In this document: positions 41,704 to 52,408 of the stretch, piece after piece
How positions within the stretch are numbered: position 1 is the stretch's first letter
How the letters are laid out: each line of letters starts with the position of its first letter
Source of the DNA: Eledone cirrhosa
Lineage: Eukaryota
NCBI GenBank assembly: GCA_964016885.1
Contig: OZ024760.1
Coordinates: forward strand, 31,372,001-31,436,000
Direction: 5' to 3'
Length of the DNA stretch: 64,000 bases
Program-made: the position numbers and the translations under genes
Notes under the pieces: generated by a model
What the model saw: only the letters and a program-made list of their open reading frames with translations
The model's database searches: none
Told to the model about the DNA's origin: nothing

Positions 41704-44700
41704 ATGGCTGATATAAGAGTTGGGTGTCTGAATGTACGTGGCCTGGGACTGTCTTGGAAACAAGGCAAACTTTTAAACGATCTCAGGTCGCATAGAATGG
41801 ATGTAATGGCTATTTGCGAGTCCAGGATCAGCAGCGAGCACCAACTGGCGCCCCTCTTCGACGACTTTGAGATCTTCGCATCTCTCTGTCAACCGGGGGG
41901 TGGGGGTGGAGTTGTCGTTCTGCTGCGAAAACACCTGGGCCTCGCCATACAGAAGGTGCACCTGGACCCGGAGGGTCGACTGGTGGTTTTAGACGTCGGC
42001 AGTAGTGAAAGTGGAGCCCTTAGACTAATAGCTGTGTACGCCCCTTTTTGGGCAGCGCGGCCGGAATACTTCCAACGTCTGGAAACTTTTCTGGGAACGT
42101 CCCGCTCCTTGCTTTTAGTGGGGGACTGGAATGGTATCCTGGATGCACGTTGGGACTATGTAGGGGCATGTGCCAATAGAGGGGGGTGTAAAAGCCTCAA
42201 AAGGTTAATCGGCCGATTTGACCTGGCCGATAGATATCGACTAGATTTTCCGACTGTACCACTATGGACGTGGACCAATCGCAGTGGAACATCTAGGTCG
42301 TACCTAGATAGGGTCCTAGTTAGAGAGAACGATAGGGACACATTTAGCTGTCCAAAAATGTTCATGGTTGACTATTCGGATCACAAGTTAGTGACCTGCA
42401 TAGCCAACCTTGATAGAACCCATAGACAGGGACCCGGTTACTGGAAGCTGAACTTGTCCTTACCGAGAAGCAAAGCTTACAGTAAACGGATTAGCACGTT
42501 AGTTAAGCAGAGTTTGACAGGGGCAATTGTCAACAACAGGTGGTGGAGCTCTCTTAAGAGAGCAATTAGAATAGAATCGATAGGTTTTAGTCAGGAATTA
42601 GCAAGGGATAGGAACAAGACGGAAAGGGAATTAGTAGATAGAGTAGAAGAGGCGATTAGGAGTGGCAATGTAGCCGGCGTGCTGGCATCAAGAATGGCCT
42701 TAGACCAGTTCTTTGAGGTGAAGCATGAAGGCTGCGTTGTCAGGAGTAAAATACGTGCTCTGGGTAATGAGGGAGCCAAAGCTGTAAGCTGGGCCCGAGT
42801 GACAGAGGCAAAAAGTGGGAACAAGTCCACGATTCGGTCTTTGAAGGACCAGGATGGGCGTGTGATCCTTGAACCTGGGCAGATGTGTGCGGCCTTTCAG
42901 CGGCACTTTGCACGACTGTTCGAGAGGAGCGGCGCGCCGGGTGAGACTATGGATTTCAATCCATACCTCGACGGTCTGCCGCGCCTCTCGGACGCGGAGG
43001 CGAAGTCCTGCGAAAGGACGATTTCAGCTGCTGAGATAGGGGCGGCGCTGAGCCAATGCGGCAAACGCAAATCCCCGGGTCTCGATGGTCTACCATACGA
43101 GCTATATGTAGCGATGCCGGACTTGTTCTCCGATATCCTCGAAGCGGTCTACTGCAACTGGCAGCAGAACGGGAGAATTCCCAGTTCTGTGACCAAGGGC
43201 GTAGTTACGCTGGTGAGGAAGGATGAGAACAAGGGGGATGACATAAGTAACTTCAGGCCCATAACTCTGCTAAATACAGAGTTAAAGATTTTGGCCAAGG
43301 TGTTAGCGAAGAGGTTGGCGCTTGTCGTTGGAAACCTGGTGGGAGAAGCGCAGACATGCGCAATCCCGTCCAGGTCCATTCACGACAATCTCCACCTTAT
43401 GCGATACATCATAGAGAGGGTAGGGAATGAACCCGGCTTTGGTGGGGCCCTGATCAACTTGGATCAATCTAAAGCTTTCGATAGGGTTGACCATCGTTAC
43501 CTGGATGCGGTGCTCGCGGCGGCAGGCTTCGGACCCGTTTTCAGGGGTTGGATTGCTGCGATGCACAGCAGCAACGTCTGCTCAAGGGTCAAGGTGAACG
43601 GCCACCTCTCGGAGCCGTTCCAAATCATGCGATCCATCCGACAGGGATGCCCTCTCTCCTCCCTACTGTATGTGCTGGCTCTTGAGCCACTACTGCGGAA
43701 GTTGGAGCGGTTGCAGGGCATCCCTTTGGAACCGGGATTGCAGAAAGCGGCGTCGGCCTACGCCGATGACGTGACAGTAATGGTGTCGAAAACCTCGCAA
43801 ATCGGTGAGATCGGCACCTTACTGGAGGAATATGAAAGGTTTACAGGAGCCAAGCTGAACCGGGACAAGTCCGTCGGTTTGCAACTCGGAACATGGAGAG
43901 GCAAACCGATGCCCTCCAACGACGTCGTCGGACGCTGGACGGAGGGCCCGGTGAAGCTGCTTGGGGTCTGGTTCGGACCAGACCTCCAGGTGGAGAAAAA
44001 CTGGAACGAGGTAACGGCCAGGGTGTTTGCACTCACCCAGAAGTGGGCCCAGTGCAAACTATCCCTGAAAGGTCGAGCGGAGGTGGCGAATACTTATATA
44101 GCATCCGTCATCTACTACCGCTTGACCGTCGTGCCTTGCCCAGTGAAAAGACTCGCCAAAATGGAGTGCGCGCTGTTCCAATTTCTTTGGAACAAGCGGA
44201 CCCCTTTGGTGAGGAGATCCATCTGCTGTCAACACCCTTCGAAAGGAGGGCTGGGGATGCCGTGGCTACAGATGCGTAAACACGCATTAAGGCTACGGCA
44301 CCTCCAGGTATTCCTCACCGGTCAACCGGTGTGGGCCCCGTTTGTGAGGCGAGCCTTTCCCAGACTCGTCTCGCTCACCGAGCTGCAATCCTGGGTCAAG
44401 CAAAGACCGAGAAAAGTGGGCGACTGGCACATTGAATGTGCCCAGGCGCTCACGGCCCTCTGGAAAGCGGACCCGGCAATCAGTGGAGACTCCACCTCGA
44501 CATTCTATAGAGGGTTGGTACGCAGCAGGTGCGACGATGCTCTCGGAGAAGCTCTAGGCATGGAGGAAGATGAACTGGCCAGTCTGTTCGGTAGGACGTT
44601 TGGCCCTGGACCGATGGACAACTTCCAAAAGTCCCTGGCTTGGCAGTGCTACCGAGGGGCTCTACCCGTTCGAGACAAGCTCCACAGGCATGGGAGCCTG

Positions 44701-45141
44701 GGTAGAGATCCTTTGAATAAGATCTGTCCGAGATGCGTGCATGATGACGAAACCGTTGCGCACGCATTCGTACACTGCCCAGGCATTGCTGACCTGTGGG
44801 GCTATGTGGAACGACTACTGTCGAGGGTGGGACCAATCCGGTTGACCACCGAGTCCATTGTCACGATCAAACCGCCTCCCCCTTTCAAAAACGAAGGAGA
44901 GGCGGTTTTTCTCTGTGTGGTAGCCATGGCTAAAGAAGTTGTATGGTGGACGAGGCTGAAAGGGCTGAGGTCAGACACCTTTCTCTCCGGCCAACAACTG
45001 GTCCCCTTTTTCAAATACCATTTTAAAAGAAGGATCAGAATGGAGAGAGAGGTGCTCTACCCCAGCAAGTTTTATGAAAGGTGGGTGAAAGTAGGGAGAA
45101 TGGCCAGAGTGAATGGGTCTTCTCTCTATATCAGCCTGTAG
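41704..45141 (+). CDS. Tx1 ORF2, 1145 aa: APE endonuclease, reverse transcriptase, C-terminal Zn finger
   Basis: LNVRGL, GDWN, SYLD, SDH; SPGLDG, RPITLLN, DQSKAFDRVDH, RQGCPLS, YADD; CPRC...HAFVHC. Confidence 0.95.
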   Translation: MADIRVGCLNVRGLGLSWKQGKLLNDLRSHRMDVMAICESRISSEHQLAPLFDDFEIFASLCQPGGGGGVVVLLRKHLGLAIQKVHLDPEGRLVVLDVGSSESGALRLIAVYAPFWAARPEYFQRLETFLGTSRSLLLVGDWNGILDARWDYVGACANRGGCKSLKRLIGRFDLADRYRLDFPTVPLWTWTNRSGTSRSYLDRVLVRENDRDTFSCPKMFMVDYSDHKLVTCIANLDRTHRQGPGYWKLNLSLPRSKAYSKRISTLVKQSLTGAIVNNRWWSSLKRAIRIESIGFSQELARDRNKTERELVDRVEEAIRSGNVAGVLASRMALDQFFEVKHEGCVVRSKIRALGNEGAKAVSWARVTEAKSGNKSTIRSLKDQDGRVILEPGQMCAAFQRHFARLFERSGAPGETMDFNPYLDGLPRLSDAEAKSCERTISAAEIGAALSQCGKRKSPGLDGLPYELYVAMPDLFSDILEAVYCNWQQNGRIPSSVTKGVVTLVRKDENKGDDISNFRPITLLNTELKILAKVLAKRLALVVGNLVGEAQTCAIPSRSIHDNLHLMRYIIERVGNEPGFGGALINLDQSKAFDRVDHRYLDAVLAAAGFGPVFRGWIAAMHSSNVCSRVKVNGHLSEPFQIMRSIRQGCPLSSLLYVLALEPLLRKLERLQGIPLEPGLQKAASAYADDVTVMVSKTSQIGEIGTLLEEYERFTGAKLNRDKSVGLQLGTWRGKPMPSNDVVGRWTEGPVKLLGVWFGPDLQVEKNWNEVTARVFALTQKWAQCKLSLKGRAEVANTYIASVIYYRLTVVPCPVKRLAKMECALFQFLWNKRTPLVRRSICCQHPSKGGLGMPWLQMRKHALRLRHLQVFLTGQPVWAPFVRRAFPRLVSLTELQSWVKQRPRKVGDWHIECAQALTALWKADPAISGDSTSTFYRGLVRSRCDDALGEALGMEEDELASLFGRTFGPGPMDNFQKSLAWQCYRGALPVRDKLHRHGSLGRDPLNKICPRCVHDDETVAHAFVHCPGIADLWGYVERLLSRVGPIRLTTESIVTIKPPPPFKNEGEAVFLCVVAMAKEVVWWTRLKGLRSDTFLSGQQLVPFFKYHFKRRIRMEREVLYPSKFYERWVKVGRMARVNGSSLYISL

Positions 45142-47231
45142 GTGAAAGAAGAGGAAAAAGAGGAGACGAGGGAAGCACCTACTCTTTGTGCTCCTGAGGA
45201 GAAGGGTTACACATTTTTTCCGGGGTGTGTGCGACCCATGTTAATGCCCCCTCCCTATTGAGGACTTCGTTTGTTGTTGTTATTTCATTGTTATATTTTT
45301 GTACTCGTTAATTATATGTAAACTTCCCCCCTTGTATCTGTCCCTACCTTTTGTGCCCTAGTGGCAAATAAAGAAACCACTCTATATATACTATTGTATT
45401 TTCACAGTAAAGGCTTTACCTCACATAATATCTCACAAAACATTTACATTACTCTATATTTACTATTGTATTTTCACAGTAAAGGCTTTACCTCACATAA
45501 TACCTCACATAACATTTACATTACTCTATATATACTATGTATTTTCACAGTAAAGGCTTTACCTCACATAATATCTCACATAACATTTACATTACTCTAT
45601 ATATACTATTGTATTTTCACAGTAAAGGCTTTACCTCACATAATATCTCACATAACATTTACAATACTCTATATATACTATTGTATTTTCACAGTAAAGG
45701 CTTTACCTCACATAATATCTCACATAACATTTACATTACTCTATATATACTATTGTATTTTCACAGTAAAGGCTTTACCTCACATAATATCTCACATAAC
45801 ATTTACATTACTCTATATTTACTATTGTATTTTCACAGTAAAGGCTTTACCTCACATAATACCTCACATAACATTTACATTACTCTATATATACTATGTA
45901 TTTTCACAGTAAAGGCTTTACCTCACATAATATCTCACATAACATTTACATTACTCTATATATACTATTGTATTTTCACAGTAAAGGCTTTACCTCACAT
46001 AATATCTCACATAACATTTACATTACTCTATATATACTATTGTATTTTCACAGTAAAGTCTTTACCTCACATAATATCTCACATAACATTTACATTACTC
46101 TATATATACTATTGTATTTTCACAGTAAAGGCTTTACCTCACATAATATCTCACATAACATTTACATTACTCTATATATACTATTGTATTTTCACAGTAA
46201 AGGCTTTACCTCACATAATATCTCACATAACATTTACATTACTCTATATATACTATTGTATTTTCACAGTAAAGTCTTTACCTCACATAATATCTCACAT
46301 AACATTTACATTACTCTATATATACTATTGTATTTTCACAGTAAAGGCTTTACCTCACATAATATCTCACATAACATTTACATTACTCTATATATACTAT
46401 TGTATTTTCACAGTAAAGTCTTTACCTCACATAATATCTCACATAACATTTACATTACTCTATATATACTATTGTATTTTCACAGTAAAGGCTTTACCTC
46501 ACATAATATCTCACATAACATTTACATTACTCTATATATACTATTGTATTTTCACAGTAAAGTCTTTACCTCACATAATATCTCACATAACATTTACATT
46601 ACTCTATATATACTATTGTATTTTCACAGTAAAGGCTTTACCTCACATAATATCTCACATAACATTTACATTACTCTATATATACTATTGTATTTTCACA
46701 GTAAAGTCTTTACCTCACATAATATCTCACATAACATTTACATTACTCTATATATACTATTGTATTTTCACAGTAAAGGCTTTACCTCACATAATATCTC
46801 ACATAACATTTACATTACTCTATATATACTATGTATTTTCACAGTAAAGGCTTTACCTCACATATCTCTATTGATATCAAATCTATGAGATTTTGATATT
46901 ATTTATTTTGAGAACAATACCTTAACATTAGTATGAGTGGCCAGTCACAGCTGGTTTGAATAGAAAGAGGTGAGAGAGCTCTGGCCGGATACGGCCGATT
47001 GAAATGGAAAAGGGTTAAATTGACTCCCCATTTACACACTCACGTTACACACATTACAGACTCATGTTATACACTCACGTTACACACACACATTACACAT
47101 GTTATACAAACATGTTACACACACACACTTTACACACTCATGTCACACCTACGTCACACCCACGTCACACATATCCACATTGTTGTGTTCTGCTTCTCAA
47201 TTTCTCTTGTTGATTGCTGTTCTTCTTGCAG

Positions 47232-47388
47232 GTATTTCCCAGAATCCTTTGACGTAACAGAGAAAGATAGTGGAAGCTACAAGGGCCCCAAACCGAAAAT
47301 CTTTGAGTTCTGTCAGAATGAGGACTTAGCCATGTTACTAGGGGCAGAAAGTCAGGCGTCAAATCAAATTGAATTTGGAGCCCATCAG
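47232..47388 (+). CDS. TRANK1: TRANK1-like helicase exon
   Basis: (R)YFPESFD...GPKP...IEFGAHQ; ttcttgcAG acceptor, CAG/GTACAA donor, phase 2-0. Confidence 0.88.
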
Positions 47389-47604
47389 GTACAAATGATA
47401 TGTCTACACAACTACCTTCCTGTTGAGGTCAATAAAAAAAGTACCAGTTTAGTACTGGGGTCGATTCTTCCTCTATATCTCTTTTTCATTTCCTCTCTCT
47501 CTTTCTATCTTTCTCTGGAAGAAGAAATCTGCTGTACTCAGACTTGTATGTCACTACGGCGTCCCTACAACTCTATCAAGAGTTAAGGGACCATATATAT
47601 ATAT

Positions 47605-49705
47605 ATCATCATCATCATCATCGTTTAATGTCTATCTTCCACGCTAGTATGGATTTAGACGGGAATTGTCCCACTTGAGGCAAGATTGGTCGTCTCGCTC
47701 GTATAGGACTGTCTGGCAGGTTTTCTGCGGCTGGATGCCCTTCCTAACACCAACCACGTTTACAGTGTGGACTGGGAGGTTTTTACCGTGTTACCTACAC
47801 AGTCGCATTACAGCGTGGACTGTGTGTTTTTTTTTTTGTGACACTACCTACACGACCTCATTTATTTAGGACTGGATGTTGTGGTACCAACATAACTTTA
47901 CAGAGAAAGGGGTGGTGTAGATGGGGGCGGTGGTAGGGGAGTTGTGGTAGTAGGATGGGGTGTATATTTGATTAAGAGGTGCCTACTGACTGTAGGTTTC
48001 GCTTTTTACATAGGCAAGGCGGGTCTTCTGTATTACTGCGTAGCACCAAAGATCTCGATCCAGTGACATTGTCTTTAAGAGGTGTGTGTAAGGTTGGAAT
48101 TTATCAAATCGTCCCAGGTTTTTCTGGGTCTGCCTACTCCGTAACTACCGTCTATTTTGATCGCCCTACTCTTTTTTATGCAGCTGTCATCTTTCATGCG
48201 CATCACATGACCATACCAACATAGTCTTCTCTCGAGTAAACAGCATCTAATCCCTCTTATTCCTAATTTCTCACTTGGTTCATTTATGCTTTGCCGTTCA
48301 CGTATATTACTATTACACATCCAACGGAGCATGCAAGCTTCGTTCCTCTCCAGTCTGCGTAGATCCTCTGCACACAAAGCCCATGTCTCGCTAAATTCTT
48401 CACTATATTCGTTGTTAATTCTAACCTTGCTGACTTTCTTTATACATGGCTTGTATAGCTCTCACAAGCCATTCATCTACACTTAGTTTTCTAAGGGCCC
48501 ACCAGATAATGGCGCGGGGGACTCTGTCAAAGGCTTTCTCCAAGTCAACAAAAGCTAAGTATAGGGGGTTTATTTTAGCTAGGTACTTCTCCTGTAGTTG
48601 TCGTACAAGGAAAAGAGCGTCTGTGGTACTTTTACCTGACACAAACCCAAACTGCATTTCATCTAGATCAATTCGCTCTCTGATTAGTTGCGCTATAACT
48701 CTTTCTGTGACCTTCATGACCTGGTCAATTAATTTAATGACTCTATAGTTTCCCCTATCTAGGGCATCTTCTTAACCTTTGTAGAAGTTAATGATGATGC
48801 TGCTACGTCAGTCATTTGGTAAGACCCCATTCTGTATGACTTGGTTTACTATTCGGGTGACCATAGTATGTCCCACCGATCCAGATGCTTTCAGCATTTC
48901 AGCAACTATCTCCGAAGGCCCAGCTGCTTTGCCTGTCTTCTTATTTGAATGCCTTACTTATTATACTACCTTCAACTTGCACTGCTGGTCCTTCTATTGG
49001 ATCGATGTGGGGGAGACTGTCTTTCTCCCATTTATTCTCCTCATTTAGTAGCCTTTCGTAGTGATACTTCCAAGCTACCTTCTTATCAGTGTCAGTGATG
49101 GCAAGTACGCCATCATCATTACCGACACACTTCTCCCCGACAATATCACGGTTTTCCTTGACACATTGCCTAGCAATCCTGAACACCTCACGTTTTTGGT
49201 CTTCACGTTGTAGAACATGCTTGAACTTTCTTTCCTCTGCTTCCCTTCTTGCGAAGTACACTTGTCTCCTAGCTTCCCTCCTGACCACTTGATAGTTTTC
49301 TCTACTTCCCCCATCCCGCCATACTTTCCAAGCTTGCTTTTTGGCCTTGATTGACTCCTCCACCTTACTGTTCTACCACCAAGTTACTCTCCTCCTGCCA
49401 ATAGGTCTGCTCCAGCCACAGATTTCATCTGTCGCCTTCAGCAGGTTAACTTTCAGGAATTCCCACTGTTCCTCTATACTGTACATCTCTAATTGCTCTT
49501 CCTTACTGTCAAAAGCATCAAGTAATATGCTTTTAAATTTGTTACTGGCTGTGGGGTCCTTTAACTTCCATATTCTTCTTCTCAGGGTAGTCCTCCTCTG
49601 TTGTCAAGTACGTCTCATCCTGACTATGAGGTCGTTAACTCTGAGGATATGCTGGGAGGTGCATTCTTCACGGGGGAGGGATTTAGTGTTTACAACAGAC
49701 ACTTT
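47605..49705 (-). mobile_element. RTE-clade LINE, truncated and internally deleted
   Basis: RT fragments 48421-48717 and 48941-49363; (GAT)n tail. Confidence 0.88.
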
Positions 49706-50227
49706 ATAAGCCGCTGAATTATGATTGGACCAAATAATAATGGTGGCGAGTGGGGGGAGGGAGGTATATGGGGAAGTTAACGAGAAGGTTATTTTTATAA
49801 TCTAAACCTACAAATTCGACCATAATTTAAACGAACGTATAACAGTAATCAGAGTTTAAATATGAGAAGATTGTTTTTGAGGGTCTGACAGAATTATTGA
49901 ATAAAATTGAAAAGATTGGATTCTAAGTAAATGGACCGAGTAAAACATGGAGAGACGAGAAAATGGAGTGAAATATATTACATTTCTCAAACGACCCTTC
50001 GGCAAGGATAAGGAATTCGAAGAACTCTGAAATTTGTGACCACCGACAGGTTCATTTTATACTTGCTGAGAGAGGGTGGGTGTGAGAGGACCTGTAGGCT
50101 TATAAACAATGCAGAGTAGAGGAGAAGAAGAAGGAAGAATGTTCTCGAAAAAGTTAATGAGAAGGAAGGTTATTTTTATAATCTAAACCTACAAATTCGA
50201 CCATAATTTGTATATATGTATATATAT

Positions 50228-52408
50228 ATATTGTTATACTTGGGGAGGGTCATATTTGTGTAATATTGCCAGAATTAATAACAGAACACACTCACTGTTT
50301 GGTTGGTTTTCGCTTTTCGCTTCTGTGTCTTTTATATCGGTAATCTAATATATTCGGTCCTCAATGTTGCCATTGACTGACCAACGGTCAAAAATAATAC
50401 AGATACAATATAGACACAAACACATATATATAGTTTATCAAAGTTCTTTCGTTGCACATCTGCAACATCGTCAGTGGTGCTATAGATTCCTCCCGTTGCA
50501 TTGTATTTCTACGCCATCTTTATTTAGTCTGTTTATATATTTATTTATTTATTTGTTTGTTTGTTTATTTTATTATGTCTTCTTTGCGCATGCGTTTGCG
50601 TGTGTGTATAGTGTTTTGTTTGATGTGTGTTCGTGATTGGGTGACTGTGTATTGGTTAATGTATTCTATGTTTACTAGTGTGTGTTTATATGTGTTTGTT
50701 GTTATTGTGCTTGTGTATGTATTTATTTATTTATTTATCTATTTATTTATTTATTTATACTTCTCTTAGGTCAGTGTTGTTTGTTTGGGTGTTGTTCTTA
50801 TTCCATTCATTCTTTCTGTTTAGTCTTGGCCTTCTAAGTTCTATTTCACTGGCCTCTCTGATTTGCCTATCTGCTGGGTCATTTCTATGTTTAGATATTA
50901 TTCTAATTTCTATGTTGTCTATATTACCGTCGTGTTGTTGTCTGGCATGTAGTACTGACCCGTTTTTTTGTCCTTTTAGTTCCCTCCAGTGTTGGTCTAT
51001 CCTTTCACCTATGCTACGAGCTGTTTTGCCTATGTATGTTGTTGTCATGTTTCTGCAAGTACCCTCTGTACATCTTATGCTATAGACTACGTTTCTAGTT
51101 TTACAGTTTATCCGGGGGTTTACCTTACATATGATACATTTCCTATTAGTACAGTGGGTTTTCTTAAAAGGGTAGGTTTTGCTGATCAGGGATTTTATGG
51201 TGGTTCCTGGCTTTTCTACCACCTTAATCTTTAAGTGGGTCTTTCTCAGGACCTTTCTACACTGGTTAGCTAATTTCCCTCCAGGGGTAGCATCCACAAA
51301 CATGACACTCTGGTATCTCTGGTTGTCGTACCATGAGGTGGCTTTCCCTATCTTATGTCTAGCCCTATCTAAGCTATTCTAGGATTTGCTCCTGTATAAT
51401 GGGCAAATTCCTTTCATGTCCAGTTCTATGAGGGTCTTATACTTCTCCATGGCTCCTTCGTATACTCTGACTCTGTCTCTTTGGTTGTAGCCAGAGAACT
51501 GCATGCGGTTGATGAAGTGTTGGATGTGTCTTTCTATTTCTGTTGGGTCGCACATGCGGGACACATTCTCATCACTCGTACCAAATCTGCGATCAGAATA
51601 TTAAACTTAGCACTACTGGACATTGCTGAGTTTTTGAGTATCAGGTATTTGGAGGCCATGGGTTTAGCATAGTGTGAGTGGAGAATTTGGTCTCTCTCGT
51701 CTATAGTGTTAATCCAGAGTTCCGTGTCTAATACAGGTAGTCTATTGTTAGGGTGTTTGGAAGGGTAGTCGATAGTTACAGTTATACTCTGGTGTATGGA
51801 ATTAGCTATCTGCTGGATGCTTTCCATTGTGCTACGTTCTAAATCAAACTTGTTAGTGCTCTCTAGTGGGGATGTTCTTATAACTATATTGATATCATCT
51901 ATGTAACGAGAGTACATGATGAGGTCTATGGAGCTCTCATTAAGGAGATCTTTAAGTCTCCTTTCCCACCATACCATAAAAAGGTTGGCAACATCACCAG
52001 CTATGCTGACGCCAATGGCTGCTCCCTCATTTTGGGTGTAGATCTTCTCGTTGAACTTGAATATGTGGCCCTTTAGGGTAGTTTTAATACTAGCCCCTAT
52101 TGCATGTGCGACCATTTTTCTTACCTGATCATTGTTTTGGGGGGTCCGTATAGCTTTGGTCCACCCAATCCACCTTCCCATGGGAGTCTTTTTTGCCATG
52201 GAGGTTATGGTGGGGGGTCTACCTCTTATGGGTCTACTAGGGCAGAAACGTCTAAGGTCATGGCTGTCTAGGTAGTCAGTGTCGTAGGTAAGTCTAAGTA
52301 GGAGGCCCAGTTCGTCTGTGTCGACATCGCAGAACTCTGCCTCACTCTCAATGATCATCTCCACACATTTTTCCACAGCAAAATCAATGTTAATGGATGG
52401 GTACAGTG
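50228..52408 (-). mobile_element. Penelope-like element, inverted arm (RT core + GIY-YIG), frameshifted
   Basis: YTQNEGAAIG, YSRYIDDI, LPVLD; NVVYSIRC...YIGKTARSIGERIDQH...EASEI...LNRKNE. Confidence 0.88.

Larger units (their letters stand above)
39729..45378 (+). mobile_element. Full-length intact Tx1/L1-clade non-LTR retrotransposon, copy B (5650 bp)
   Basis: Both ORFs uninterrupted; same junctions as copy A. Confidence 0.95.
38498..47014 (+). mobile_element. TTAA-flanked MITE containing 72-bp satellite array 3 (interrupted by Tx1)
   Basis: TTAA/CTCTTTAGCA ... AAATGGAAAAGGG/TTAA; same unique 3' segment as arrays 1 and 2. Confidence 0.78.

Noticed and set aside
22403-46888. Long ORFs with 24-aa repeats (YFHSKGFTSHNISHNIYITLYILL)
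   Set aside because: The 72-bp satellite unit happens to lack stops in two frames; the frames shift freely and the sequence is intronic.
16119-47014. Segmental duplication explaining the two Tx1 + satellite blocks
   Set aside because: The flanking unique sequence, exons and satellite variant patterns differ; only the Tx1 itself is near-identical. This is disfavoured but not formally excluded.
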